From Eledone cirrhosa (taxonomy: Eukaryota): a stretch of 64,000 bases of DNA. Of the stretch, positions 43,500 to 57,142 are shown in pieces; the first letter of the stretch is position 1; each line of letters opens with the position of its first letter. Position numbers and translations under genes: made by a program. The stretch spans positions 38,874,001-38,938,000 of the forward strand of contig OZ024751.1 in the NCBI GenBank assembly GCA_964016885.1, given 5' to 3'. The notes under the pieces were generated by a model, which saw nothing but the letters and a program-made list of their open reading frames with translations, was not told the origin of the DNA and searched no databases.

Positions 43500-45231
43500 A
43501 TTCTCACCCTTTATCTGTCTCATTCCACTTTACAACTTCTACACATTAGCTCCCACTCATTCTTCCCCCCTCCCTTATCTTTTTCATACCCCTTCACTCC
43601 CTTGTACACCCTATGTTTCCACTGCTCCTCTTTTCTAATTTCATCTTCTTGCTCTTCTATCAACACATTATTGTCTCCCGGTCGTTAACTAGCCCCACAC
43701 CACCGCCCAACCTGTAACTGTCAATCTCTCTCTACCGCCACCAATATACACCTCTTCTCTCCCTTACAGTATTCCTATTGTGTTTTTCTAACTATCTCTT
43801 TACACACAAACACGTCTACACTAACAAGTATTAAGGTTAAATCTTTCCAGTTTCTATTATTTGCTGACTGTATTCAAAATGGTAGCATCCACCGTCGCTT
43901 CGGAGAAATGAAGTTTGGGGTGAAGATTATTGAACACCCAGGGTGTTCTGCTGCTTTGATGTCAACTCTTTTGCCGATTCAACTTTGAATTCAAGACAAC
44001 ATTTCTCTTTCACTTTGTCGCATTTTCCTGATAGATGCGCTGTAGTTCAAAAAGCGAGAGTTATCATTTCATGCTTCAATGTAAAACTATTCGTTTGTAA
44101 AGCTACAGATTGATTATGATGAATCAAAAACAACAAATGAGAGAAAAATATAAAAATAGTAATAAAACAAAATAAAAAAAATAATCAGAGAAATAAGACC
44201 CCCGTTTGAGTAGACAGATAATGTCTGGCCTCTCATACAGGCTTGGCCAAGTAGCAAAGATAAAAGAAAAAATACAACAAACACGCTGAAAGAATTTTCT
44301 AAAATTTTTAATAAAGATATAACCATGTTAATAATATCAGGTCAACTCCCAAGCATCGTTGCTGTAATTGAAACTGTTGTTGTTGATATCGCGCTGTTGT
44401 TGTTGTTGCTGTTGATGTTACTAACGTTTTGCTTGTAACTGTTGCTGTTGTTTTAGGTCACTTTGCTGTTGATATTCAAACGTCACCCAACCTCAACCTA
44501 ACCCAATTTTTCTTCGTTCAATTATTGCTGCTATTCAGGATATTTGATTAATGACTGAATATTGAAACAAATTTCGACTCTAAAGAATTATTAAGAATTA
44601 TTAAGAATACAAACTAAATCCAAAGGAAAATTATTAGAACTGATTTCAAATACATAAATGCAACGACTCAGCCTGATCTGTAAGTTGAGTCGAAATAAAC
44701 ACAGAGACTCACTGGTCCGAGTAATGAAGACATTGAATGTCATAATTCGTTCTGTTTGCCTTACAAATTTGACCCCACCCTATATATGGAAGGGGGAACA
44801 CTAGATACACGGAGTGGATAGTGTAAACCTGGTATGATATCAGTCCTTAGAATCATTAATACATGTATGCGCTCGTTTGAAGTTATATTCTAGATCTATA
44901 TTTTATTATACTAAGTTGTAGAAATATGGCTATTATTTACAAATATATGAAGGGCTCCAATTACCTGTGAAAAATGAATTAACCAACAGTAGGTTCTTTA
45001 CTTAGAAACGTTAATCGTTACGCTAAAAGCATGGATCTTCGTCGGATTTGATGATGGATGGTTCAGTTATTCTATAAATGGTCTGCTCATCAAATTGAAG
45101 TGCGCTATGAAACATTTTTCTATCTAGCCTATTTCAGCCACGTCGGGTGTACAGTGAACTCGATTTACATAGGTGTGTGTGACAGCTCACACCTATGCAG
45201 GTTTAGCTGGCTTCCTCCAAGGTATATCTGT

Positions 45232-45372
45232 GAAGGCACATGACTTAGTGGTTAGAGCATTGGCCTTGCAATCGAAAGGTTGTGAATTCAATTCTCGGAC
45301 CGGGTGATGTGTTGTTTCCTTGAGCAAGACCTTTATTTCACGTTCCTCCATTTTACTCAGCAGAAGAAATGA
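45232..45372 (+). mobile_element. tRNA-derived SINE, family 2 (CORE-like)
   Basis: Box A tgacttagtgg, box B gaattcaattc, then ccttgagcaagacctttatttcac..cactcagc..aaatgag, resembling the CORE domain. Confidence 0.75.
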
Positions 45373-45796
45373 GATTATAGGATTGGGGTCCCTATCATTA
45401 AATCACACAAAACACACCCACCTCCTCACATAAGGTGCTATTTTAAATCACACCGAGAATATATTTTAATATTATTATTCGGATATTCACGAGTTAAATA
45501 TTTGTCAACTATTGATGACGATGTAATATATCCGTCAGACATTGTGAATAGTCGGAACACATACTGATTAATATTCCTAATGGCAGATGGTACAAACAAT
45601 TGATTAAAACGGGAGCGGGAAATAGTATCACAGGAGTAAAGTTTCGGAAAATGAGACATGTTTAAACCAAGGAAAAATATTTTAATCCGGAATTGTATAT
45701 ATTTTTTTAGCTTTTCTAATACCTGTTTCAAATTCATTCTTCTTTATAAAATTTAAAGTTACTTTCCTGGATTAAACACACATTCACATACACACA

Positions 45797-45876
<80 letters not shown>

Positions 45877-45891
45877 TTCTCTGTATAAATG

Positions 45892-45926
<35 letters not shown>

Positions 45927-46145
45927 TTATGTGTATATAAACACAACCCTATAGATAGATATACATATTTGTATATAAACATACATATACATATGTATAT
46001 ATATATATATAAAACACACGTGTGTGTGTGTATGTATGTATGTATGTGTATGTGTGCGTGTATGTGAGCGTGCGCGTATGTGTGTGTGTGTGTGCGTGTG
46101 TGTGTGTGTATCAGCTAATATTTGGATGAAAAAAATAGTACTTTC

Positions 46146-46211
<66 letters not shown>

Positions 46212-46690
46212 AGCTTTAAGACTATGCAGAAGAAAGTTATTGTAATGTAGTTATTGAAATGAATATTTCCTTTGATATTTTTCTCACTATTCTTCTTTCC
46301 CATTTGTATTTTTATCAAAGGAAACAACATTCATGATATTCTTAAATACATATCTCAAAAGAAATTGTTAAAGTAACGTTAAAAAAAAAGAATCACCATC
46401 TTTTATAGGTTTTTCTTCTTTTTTTTTTTTTACTAAACATAACTAAAGATAAAATAAATTCTAAAATAACAAATTTTGGAACGTTTTAGCATAAAATGAT
46501 GCAGGCCCTGGGGGAAGCCAGTAAATTGGGCAAAACGCCACGAAAACAGATACGGTTTACGTGGAATGCTTTTCCAATAAGATATTACTCAAGGGTGCTG
46601 CAAAAGAGACATTAATGAAACTAATTGAATTATGCCATGTCTAGAAATGTCCATGTGTTAAATGCTACTAGCATCCGGGTTCTCAGTATG

Positions 46691-46748
<58 letters not shown>

Positions 46749-46759
46749 ATACATACCAG

Positions 46760-46799
<40 letters not shown>

Positions 46800-46807
46800 A
46801 TGTGTGT

Positions 46808-46869
<62 letters not shown>

Positions 46870-47360
46870 TAATGTTATATGTGCATTCTATAAGTTCATG
46901 AATATTTTCTTATCTTATTATTATTCAATAGTATATTTTTGTAAATTTAACTTAAAGAAACTCTATGAATAATCAGGTTCAATATAATTAGTCAGTCCAC
47001 GTGGGACAATATATATATGTACATGGTTCTCTGGACATATGCAAATATGTATGTATGTAAGTACGTATACATATATTTATGTGTCTGATTGTATGTGTGT
47101 GTGTGTATATGTGTGTACATATTTGTATGTGTGCGTACGTATGTGTATGTGTGTGCGTATATGTGTACCTTGGTTTCTGTGTGTGCGTATATGTGTACCT
47201 CGGTTTCTCTGTGTGCTTGTGCACGTAGAATAGCCGAAAGTTTAAGATATACATCGATTCGCGAATCTATATATCACGAATCCAGCGTCGCTAACAAAGA
47301 TCAGACTCATATGCAAACATACTCGTTTACCTTTCTATTTCTTCATTATTTTTAACTATA

Positions 47361-47397
47361 TCTTTTGATGAAAGACTTATACCCAAAACATTAAAGG
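47361..47397 (+). ncRNA. Degenerate hammerhead motif
   Basis: cttt-TGATGA-aagacttataccc-AAAAC-att-aaag. Stem I cttt/aaag; AATAAA ~30 nt downstream. Confidence 0.35.
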
Positions 47398-47540
47398 GCT
47401 TTTCCTAATACACCAGGCGCTTAACGAATAAATATTTTTACATGATCATTGTATTTTATTATAATGATAGAAATATTAATGTTCCCCAACTAAAATCTCG
47501 ATTAAGAACACAGGATTGATAATATTTGTTGGCTTGGCAG

Positions 47541-47730
47541 AGGGCGGTGGATTGGCAGTATCGGTAGAGGGTCGGGCGTCATGCTTTGAAGCATAGAGTT
47601 ACCTCCCTTTATGATCTGAGTTCAAATCCCGCCGAGATTAACTTTGCCATTCATCCTTACGGGACCAATAAAAATAAAGTACCAGTAATGCACTGATATA
47701 ATTGCTGGCTTTGTGCCAAAAGTAGAAACA
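47541..47730 (+). mobile_element. SINE family 1, full length
   Basis: gggcggtggattggcagtatcggtagaggg..gagttcaaatcccgccgag..gtagaaac. Confidence 0.93.
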
Positions 47731-47934
47731 AATATTTCTACAGTAGTATTTTATAATATTAGCATAAAATTATTCATTTTTCTGTGGAGATGTAATTTAA
47801 AGTATTCATTCTAAACAGATCCTGGAATTTGTAAAAGGCAACTAACTGTAAGTAGGTTCGTAACGTCTTCCCCGTTGATCAACAACATTCTGTATCATTA
47901 ATACCACTAACGAAAGCAATATCTGAATTAATAA

Positions 47935-48165
47935 AAGGTGGTAGGTAGATCATTTAGAAATGGAAGAGCACCGGATAAAATGCAAATGGGATATTTGCTT
48001 TGGTTGTTAATGATCTGAGTTCAAATCTTGTCGAGTTCAACACTATTTTCTCTCATTCCAGAGTCAATAATACAACAAACAAATCGAGTACTGTTATCGA
48101 TTTAATCAACTTTTACGCTTTCTCCAAATTCTGCTGTCCTTGGGCCTAAATTAAATACCAATATT
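47935..48165 (+). mobile_element. Degraded SINE family 1-related copy
   Basis: ctgagttcaaatcttgtcgagttcaac..ccttgggcctaaatt. Confidence 0.6.
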
Positions 48166-48405
48166 ACAAGTACTAGAATTATATATGCAGATAATCCCAC
48201 TTTATCATTAGGTGAAGTTGCTAAACTTGCATCACTGAAAACATGGAACGGGGGTTACGTAGCAGCACCTCTTGTTGTTTTCTATGTAAAAAAATGTGAG
48301 ATAATATTGAACCAAAGTCACCAATACTTTCAATGTTGTAAATTATTGATAGCAAATAAATCGCATTTCTCAATTTATCTTTTAGCTGAGCGATCATTAT
48401 TTTTT

Positions 48406-48477
<72 letters not shown>

Positions 48478-49238
48478 ATCTCTACTTCTTTCTCTCCCTT
48501 CCTATTTTTCTTTTTAGAATCTTAATTTAGTTTTCTTATATTTGTTTTTTTCCAGTGTTTACCCTATAGTTTTCACTGTTTTTCTATTTTGTTTTTGCGT
48601 GAATGTATGTATGGGTTTTTCACAAATTTCTCACACCATTTCTTCTTTTACCATGACTCGATTCTGTTTCTAATTAATTATAATTCGCTCTCGGTTTTCC
48701 CTCTTTTATGTGTAACTACTGTACATTCGTACACATTTTCTAATTTTTTTCCTTTCATTTTTCTTTCAGAAAAATCTTAGTTCATCTTACACTTAATTTT
48801 TTTTAACCTTCATCATTATGTCTTTTCCTACATACTTTTTAAATTTTTATTTTACCTTTTTTCGCTCCTAAAACTGTTAATTCTCATCGACCGTTCTCAT
48901 AGTTGGTTCCAATATTCACACACTCTGTGATTTTTCTTTTACACTTGCAATATCTCTATACGAGCATAGTGAAGTCATGAGAATTTTTACTTCATCATTG
49001 CATACTTTATATCACTTTCATTGATTCATACAATTATTTTGTTGTTGATTTTTTAATATAAATTTTGTATTTATTTTAATATCTTTCTACTTTTTACTTT
49101 TAACTTCTGCTTATATCACTTCTCCAATTTTTTTCCATGCATACTATCCGTCACCACTGCAATGGCATCCTTACCTAGATAGACATACACAAATATATAT
49201 GTATGCACATAAAACCCTCGCCCACACATACACATGTA

Positions 49239-49280
<42 letters not shown>

Positions 49281-49285
<5 letters not shown>

Positions 49286-49325
49286 AGACACATGCATACA
49301 GACATATATATATATATATATATAT

Positions 49326-49409
<84 letters not shown>

Positions 49410-49429
49410 TGTATGCATGTGTCTTGATA
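49281..49429. repeat. Perfect 24-bp inverted repeat enclosing ~100 bp of (TA)n
   Basis: tatcaagacacatgcatacagaca (49281-49304) and its reverse complement (49406-49429). Confidence 0.9.
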
Positions 49430-50230
49430 CATATATATATATATATACCAACACACATACGTATATACAAATGTGAAGATATATATATATATATGTATAT
49501 ATACAAAGTGATATACACATCCATGGGAATATGTACGCAAATACGTATACATGCAGGCATCACAATATATTCAGATATAGATATGCATACAATAGCACAC
49601 ACATACATATATATACAATAAAAGAATATTGGTACATATACAAATTACTACTAACAGCTAAAAAGTAGGTTCCTATTCATCATATAATGCAGCACATTCT
49701 TCATGTCTCTATGCTCCCTCATATGATTCATTCAATATTCAGAGCAGGCACCTTACATTATGTTCTTATCTAAAAGCATTGACGCACACACACACGAGCG
49801 CGCGTGCATGCATATGTATATATGTATATATATATATTCTACAGGATCTCTTCTATTTTCTTTAATCTAAATTATATCACTCACTCAGAGCCTTGATTTA
49901 TCACAATCCTTATTTTTTTAAAGTAAATGCCACATATATTTTGCTGCTATTTATCTAGTCTAATATTTATTTATATATCATTCCCCCCTCTACTTCCTTA
50001 TGGTCATTCTTTACACAATTTTTGACACATTCCAAATCAAGTCTATTTCAAAAATTCTCTTAATCTTATAATTTTTCCATTACGTTTTTTATAATAAACA
50101 ACCTGCCATTTATTTTACTCTTCATCGTTTGTACACTTCCTCCCAAACACGGACTCCATTTTGATTCGGCGCAATTACTTGTTTTTTTCTTATTACATTT
50201 AGAGGAATACTTTTTAAAGAATGACTAAAC

Positions 50231-50285
<55 letters not shown>

Positions 50286-50299
50286 TATATATTTACACA

Positions 50300-50407
<108 letters not shown>

Positions 50408-50593
50408 TGTGTGTGTACTTTTTATTGCAATATATGCAGAAAGTAACTCCTATAAATCACTTTGTTCCATTTCCAAATCGTATTATAAGCCAAACTAATA
50501 ATTATACGATCCTGAATATATCGTATTATCTTCTTAGTTTTTCTTTATGCGGGCATTCATATTATATATATATACATATACACACACACACAC

Positions 50594-50651
<58 letters not shown>

Positions 50652-50676
50652 ACACGTATGTATCATCTACAATTTT

Positions 50677-50724
50677 GACAGTTACTTAAGGTCTCACCCC
50701 CATCCGCTCCTTCCTCAGACTGCC
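50677..50724 (-). ncRNA. Degenerate hammerhead motif
   Basis: ggcagt-CTGAGGA-agg..cct-TAAG-TA-actgtc. Stems I (6 bp) and II (3 bp) pair; GAAA and stem III are damaged. Confidence 0.45.
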
Positions 50725-51219
50725 TTATTGAGGTGTCTAACTCACGCTTAAATGTTAGACCAACCAATATATAACGCGATATATATATATATATACACAT
50801 TTTATACATATATACATATATACATATATGTATGTGTGTGCGCGTGCTTGTGTTTATTTATATATAATTCTTTGCGTACTAAACAGCGTATTTGCTACTT
50901 TGTAATGTAGGCTCAGACCTACATAGAAGCAATATATTATCTCAGCAATAGTTTCTGATAATAAACATAATTCCTATTTCAAAATTATACCTTAACCTAT
51001 TTCTTATATTGCCTCCCATAAAATGCATATAATTGGCATTTTGCTCTTGTTTTGAAAGTAAGTAAGAACAACTGCAACTGGGCCTCAAACAGGAAATAGA
51101 TGACGGAAGATATATTCAGCTCTCTCAGTTCAAATTACACTGTTACCACATTTGCCTTCTGACATATTGAGGAGGTCGATAATTAAAATACCAGTCTGGA
51201 ACGGGTCACATTATTTCAC

Positions 51220-51350
51220 TCTCTCTTTCTCTCTCATTCTTACATATACGCTTTTTTTTCTCTCTCATTCTTACATATACGCTTTTTTTTCTCTCTCATT
51301 CTTACATATACGCTTTTTCTTTCTCTCTCACTCTTACACATACGCTTTCT
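51220..51350. repeat. ~30-bp tandem repeat x4
   Basis: ctctctcattcttacatatacgctttttt repeated. Confidence 0.9.
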
Positions 51351-52490
51351 CCTTTCGGGAAATTAATTTGGCTATATTCAGAACCTGCGAGTGATAGGCT
51401 CCGCTAGCCATTAAATGCCCAACAAACGCTGTATATCAACAGCGCTCCTATGATTCCTTTGAGACTCCAGAACGTTTGCAATGAATGGATAATTATTTAG
51501 TATAGCAATTAAAATGTTTTGGGATTAATTCATTTCGCAATAGTATTAATTTCTACACTACAGTATATCCTCACAAATAATAATACTCTTCTTTTGCTTA
51601 TGGTTTCAATGTATCAACCTTAATTCAGCAAAGCTATAACATTTCACACGTAAACTCTCAAACCTATTAGGAGGAAAATTATGAATGACAACCTTATTTC
51701 TGTGAGAAAAGAAGGATGGGTTCCCCAAGTAGAACAGTTATTGTGCTTCAATGTTATGACAGTAAATTATGTTTCAATCATTGTATTATATTGAGCAAAC
51801 AAGCAAGCCGTTCTTATTAAGGTTTAGATACAGAATTCATGAACTTCAGTTAAATACAAATGAATCCTCAGACACATTTTTGTAACGTTGCTCACGAGAT
51901 TCATCATATAAACTAACTTCTTATCCCTATATATTTCTCCATTTGACAAGACGTCATTATATGATATATTTATTTGTGAACTGCATTATAAGCAAGTTTA
52001 TTTATTTCAGCATATATCCTAATTTTACAAGAAATTTAATAATCATTTTGTAGGATATATATAGTGACAATGAAACGACGGCATGTATTTTCAAAGCCAG
52101 CAGTAAATTTCTATTCTTTATCTGTTGAAACACCATATAAGTATTCAATGTTCTTCCTTGAAGGAGTCATAAATTTGTAAAGCAGGCATTTTGTAAGAAT
52201 AATTGTAGGCAGAAGGAAATGAATTCCAATAAATCCAACAAAACCTCTACTGAAACGTAATTCAGTGAAGTTTTATACAGGGCAATTAATTTCATTGCTA
52301 ATGAGGGAGAAGTCTTAATTATTGACTTAGCTATTTTATATTGAAATCTTCATCGTGTCGCCATTATTCACCACGGAACTGAATTCACTTCATATGACAA
52401 AATAAAACTACACTTCTCCATACATGTATAATTAAATTGGTGGCAAGACATCTTTTGAAAGATACATATATATACATATATATATAAAGG

Positions 52491-52541
52491 CTTCTACAGG
52501 ACTAGAACAGTTTCTTTCGGGAGAAATCATCAGGCAGCCTG
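52491..52541 (-). ncRNA. Hammerhead motif with intact core and atypical stem I junction
   Basis: caggctgc-CTGATGA-tttc tccc gaaa-GAAA-ctg ttc tag-TC-ctgtagaag. Stems II and III pair; stem I pairs only with a bulge. Confidence 0.6.
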
Positions 52542-52557
52542 ATATATATATATATAT

Positions 52558-52745
52558 AGGAAAAAGTATGACCCCGACGGCAGAGCTCAAGCCGTTTCGA
52601 CCACTATTTCGAGAAATAGCCCTCGAAACGGCTTGAGGTCTGCCATCGGGGTCATACTTTTTCGTATTACCCACTCTACTACCCTAAGTATTGAGTACTC
52701 TGGTGTGTTATGGTCCATCTGGCTCCTTACCACAATTCCTTCGTT
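52558..52745 (+). mobile_element. Foldback family A, copy 3
   Basis: Imperfect palindrome 52558-52665 plus the same tail; (TA)n flanks. Confidence 0.88.
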
Positions 52746-53534
52746 ATATATATATATATATATTGGTAAAAGGAAAAGAAAATGCTGACAAATTGTTCCC
52801 AGTGAAAAATAGTTTAATTAGGAATAAGTAAAAATTAGTGATAAGTATTGGTTAGTATTTAGTTTCGGTTTTAAGCTTTTACCGGTTGCGCATTTCTAAT
52901 GCTTTTCAAAAATAATTTTGAGATAGAGCGCCCGTGATGTTTGCTCTAATCTAATATATATATATACAGACATCAGAGTTAGAGAAGAGAAAGAGGACAA
53001 GGGAGTAGAGAGAAAGTTTAAAATGACTCGTTTGAATATATGCATATATATATATTTATATATAACAACATCTAAGAATACAAATGACAGAGAATAGACA
53101 AGAAGAGAGGGATATACGTCTATGTGTGTGTGGAAATTATAAATGTGTGCAGGGAGGATCATATTTGTGTAATAGTATTGCCAGAATTAATAACAGAACA
53201 CACTCACTGTTTGGTTGATTTTCGCTTCTGTGTCTTTTATATCGGTTAATTTAATTTATTCGGTCCTCAATGTTGCCATTGACTGACCAACGGTCAAAAA
53301 TACAGATACAATATAGACACAAACACATATATATAGTCTATCAAAGTTCTTTCGTTGCACATCTGCAACATCGTCAGTGTTGCTATTATGTTTCCTCCCG
53401 TTGCATTGTATGCTTACGCCATCTTTATTTAGTCTGTTTATTTATTTATTTTTTTTTTATTTATTTGTCTTCTCTGCGCATGCGTTTGCGTGTGTGTGTA
53501 TAGTGTTTTGTTTGGTATGGGTTATATATATAAT

Positions 53535-53571
<37 letters not shown>

Positions 53572-53583
53572 ACATATATATAC

Positions 53584-53634
<51 letters not shown>

Positions 53635-54714
53635 GTACACACACGTTGTGTGCGTGTAACTGTGTGTAAGCGTCTGTGAAAAGCAGTGTGTGAGTGGGTG
53701 TGTATTACTTACATATTCAAATATAGAAAAACACATTTTCAACGAAAAGTAAAAAACGTTAACCTTCACTTATATTAATCAGTGTTTAGCCATCGGCAAC
53801 TGCAGGTCATTTCCCTTCCAGAATGAATAAATTAATGTTGTTAGTTCCCACCTCAACCCTTTAAACCAGAACCATGTATTAATATATATGGCAGAAATAG
53901 AAGTAATTTGGGCATTTATTTTTCGTTTTTTAGTTAATTCAATTTTTACTTTTATTTTCAAGCCATAATTTAAGAAACTTCAAATTATGTAAATATTCCT
54001 CAAAATCCTTTCTGATTTTCTGATTTTATGATTTATTTTGGTATATATCTTAACGATTACCATAACCAACCGTCTTTCCCTGTCTACTGGGTATATTTTC
54101 GTCCTTGTTTTTAAAGGTTTTAATCTTGTTTTTTTATGTGTATACATACAAACATAGGTACGTACAAATATACTCTCTTATAGATATATATATTTATATA
54201 TTTATATAAGGTGTATGTATATGTATGTATATTTATATATGTATATATAAATATGTATATATATATGTGTATATATATATATGTGTGTATATATATGTGT
54301 GTATATATATATATGTATATATATATATTCATATATGTATATATGTATATTCATATTTTATATATATATATATATATGTGTGAGTGTGTGTGTTTGTGTG
54401 TGTGTGTGTGTATGTAGACATTCTGATGCATATCTACATACATATATCTACATATAATCGATAAATATATATCTGTACTTACACAAACATATTTTATAAA
54501 TTATTTTATATTTCAATTTATTATTTGCGTTTAGAATATTTGTTTTTGTTTACTCACGCAGGCAAACCAAAATAGAAACATTTGGAAATATTATACCCGA
54601 TTTCTGATTAAATTTTACTTTACTGATGCTAATCATTAAAGAGCTTCTCTGACAATCACGATCGTTTCTTTGAGCAGAATTATATTTTATTTCTAATCTT
54701 ATGGATATTCATTA

Positions 54715-54862
54715 TATATCATCACTATCATTAGCACCATCATCGTCACTATCACCATCACTGATATCGTCACTACCATTATCATCACCATCATCATCAT
54801 CATTATCATCATCATCATCAATATAGACATCATTACCAACATCATCATAGCCCTCATCACCA
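54715..54862. repeat. Degenerate (ATC)n microsatellite
   Basis: Direct reading. Confidence 0.85.
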
Positions 54863-55129
54863 TGTCCGTTTACATCCAATTTCCCATGCTTGCATTTGTT
54901 GTATTGCAGAGTATTCATGGAATTTTAATAAGTAAGAATAAATTTATTCCGGGGAAAATAAATATATCCATGAAGGAGACTTCTGAAATATGTTGATTTC
55001 GAATCTTAACATGCCGAAATTACATTTTTATTAAAATATATTAGGCAATACTTTGTAGAGAAAGAAACACAACTTAAATTATGAAATGGAAAATGTATTG
55101 AAATAATATGATTTTAATGTTATTGTTGT

Positions 55130-55455
55130 GAAGCTGAATGGCTAAAGGTTTAGAACATTGGGTTTACAATCAACGGGTTGTGAGTTCGATTCTCGAACCG
55201 TGTGATGCGTTCTTTCGTTGAGCAAGACATTTTATTTTACGTTGTACCAGTATACCCAACTGTAGAAATGAGTTCCCACGTGACCGGTGCCAAGTTGTAA
55301 CGGGCATTATTTTTTTTTTCTTCAGAGAACATCGGTGGCATGGAGATGGGAGACCGGTATGCATGGGCGACAAAAAAAACTTTGCTTAGGCTTGTGTCTC
55401 GGAGTTAAGGATTTAAACTTTCTAGGTGCAAAACCATATTTATTAGTGTGACCAA
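55130..55455 (+). mobile_element. tRNA-derived SINE, family 2 (CORE-like), longer copy
   Basis: tggctaaagg (box A), gagttcgattc (box B), ttgagcaagacattttattttacgttg..aaatgagt. Homologous to 45232-45372; 3' limit approximate. Confidence 0.7.
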
Positions 55456-55542
55456 AGATGGTCTCTAATTATTATTGACGAATATAGTCTCGACATAACA
55501 CTGACTAATATTGTGGAATAAAGTTTATATATATATATATAT

Positions 55543-55850
55543 GATATTAACAAATGGAAACTATATTTATAAAACCATATTTATTTTATTATACATATTT
55601 CAAGGACACCACGTTAAATTATGCTTTCATCAGACAAAATACAATATAGATCAGTTTTATAAATAAATATTGACATACCCTTAAAAAATGCAACCATTAC
55701 TGTTGGAAGCTCCCGGATAATTTAACGTGGTGTCCTTGAAATATGTATAATAAAATAAATATGGTTTTATAAATATAGTTTCCATTTGTTAATATCGTAT
55801 GTTTACTCCAAATACTTGTTGAGTGCTTTATATCAGTTATAAAAATATTT
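55543..55850 (+). mobile_element. Foldback family B, copy 1 (inverted pLTR-like arms + tail)
   Basis: 55543-55622 is the reverse complement of 55717-55796. Tail gtatgtttactccaaatacttgttgagtgc. Homologous to 56834-57240. Confidence 0.88.
55583..55640 (-). ncRNA. Type I minimal hammerhead ribozyme, canonical core
   Basis: attttgt-CTGATGA-aag[19 nt]ctt-GAAA-tatgta-TA-ataaaat. 7-bp stem I; predicted cleavage between 55590 and 55589. Confidence 0.75.
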
Positions 55851-56273
55851 GCAATTTAAATAGAACTTTTGTATATATATATATGAATATTTGTGCGTAT
55901 GTTTCTTTGAGTTGGATATCCGTACGTATGCAAGAGGCCGAGCATTCCAGAGAGGCTCACATTTTATGTAGTTCTCAGAAAGAGATTACAGGTGCAACTC
56001 ATTTTCGCCAGCTTAGTGGATTTGAAAACTGTCAGTTAATGTGCATTGAATAAGGACAAAGTGTGCCGAGGGGGCATCGAACTCACTATGCACTGAGCCA
56101 GATTCCATCAAGCAGACATACACACATGATTTTTAACATATATCTAAATATAATTCCCTCGTTCATATCCAAGGAATACCTCGCACCAAAAATATATATA
56201 ATTTATAAGCACGGAGTAGGGAAAAATCAAATATATATGTATGTAATTAAGGAAGGAAAGCTTGTCGAATAGA

Positions 56274-56381
<108 letters not shown>

Positions 56382-56429
56382 GTATATATATATATGTATA
56401 TATATATATGTATATATATATATGTATAT

Positions 56430-56463
<34 letters not shown>

Positions 56464-56550
56464 ATAATGAAAAATGGAACAGGGACAGAACAGAGAGGCA
56501 GTACGATAAATGTTTATTAAATTCACGCTCAGGAGAGTGGGGGGTAGGTG

Positions 56551-56590
56551 GGGGACGACGTTTCGGGCATAAGCCCTTCTTCAGGTGAGA
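56551..56590 (-). ncRNA. Hammerhead core with stems II/III but no evident stem I
   Basis: CTGAAGA-a-gggc ttat gccc-GAAAC-gtc-GTC. AATAAA ~35 nt downstream, then (TA)n. Confidence 0.55.
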
Positions 56591-56769
56591 AGTGTGTGGG
56601 AACAGAGTTCAAAAGGTGTGTAGGGGAGTGGTGGAGAGACATATAGCGAAAGGAAACGGTGCGAATGAAAAATTAACAAATAAAGACAAAAATCTAATAA
56701 ATAATAAAAAAAAATAAATAAATAAAAATAAAATAAAAAAAATAAATAAAAAAAATAAATAATAAATAT

Positions 56770-56836
<67 letters not shown>

Positions 56837-56874
56837 ATTAAATAAATGGAAACTATATTTATAAAACCATATCT

Positions 56875-56938
56875 ATTTCATTATATATATTTCAGGGATA
56901 TCATATTAACAATATGCTATGCCTTCCTCAGACAAAAT
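56875..56938 (-). ncRNA. Hammerhead ribozyme (mirror copy in left arm)
   Basis: Exact reverse complement of 57079-57142. Confidence 0.7.
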
Positions 56939-57078
56939 ACAATATAAACAGTTTTATAGATAAATAGATTTGACATACCGTACAACATCGACTTGTATTT
57001 GAAAATTCAACTTTTCAAATACAAGTCGATGTTGTACGGTATGTCAAATCTATTTATCTATAAAACTGTTTATATTGT

Positions 57079-57142
57079 ATTTTGTCTGAGGAAGGCATAG
57101 CATATTGTTAATATGATATCCCTGAAATATATATAATGAAAT
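57079..57142 (+). ncRNA. Type I minimal hammerhead ribozyme
   Basis: attttgt-CTGAGGA-agg[..catatt gtt aatatg..]cct-GAAA-tatata-TA-atgaaat. Palindromic stem III loop. Confidence 0.72.

Noticed and set aside
51830-51880. CTGAGGA on the minus strand with a ttca/tgaa stem
   Set aside because: Followed by GTTC rather than GAAA, and no stem I.
54712-54918. Asp-rich ORF (and Glu-rich ORF at 38114-38341)
   Set aside because: Explained by (ATC)n and (GAA)n microsatellites.
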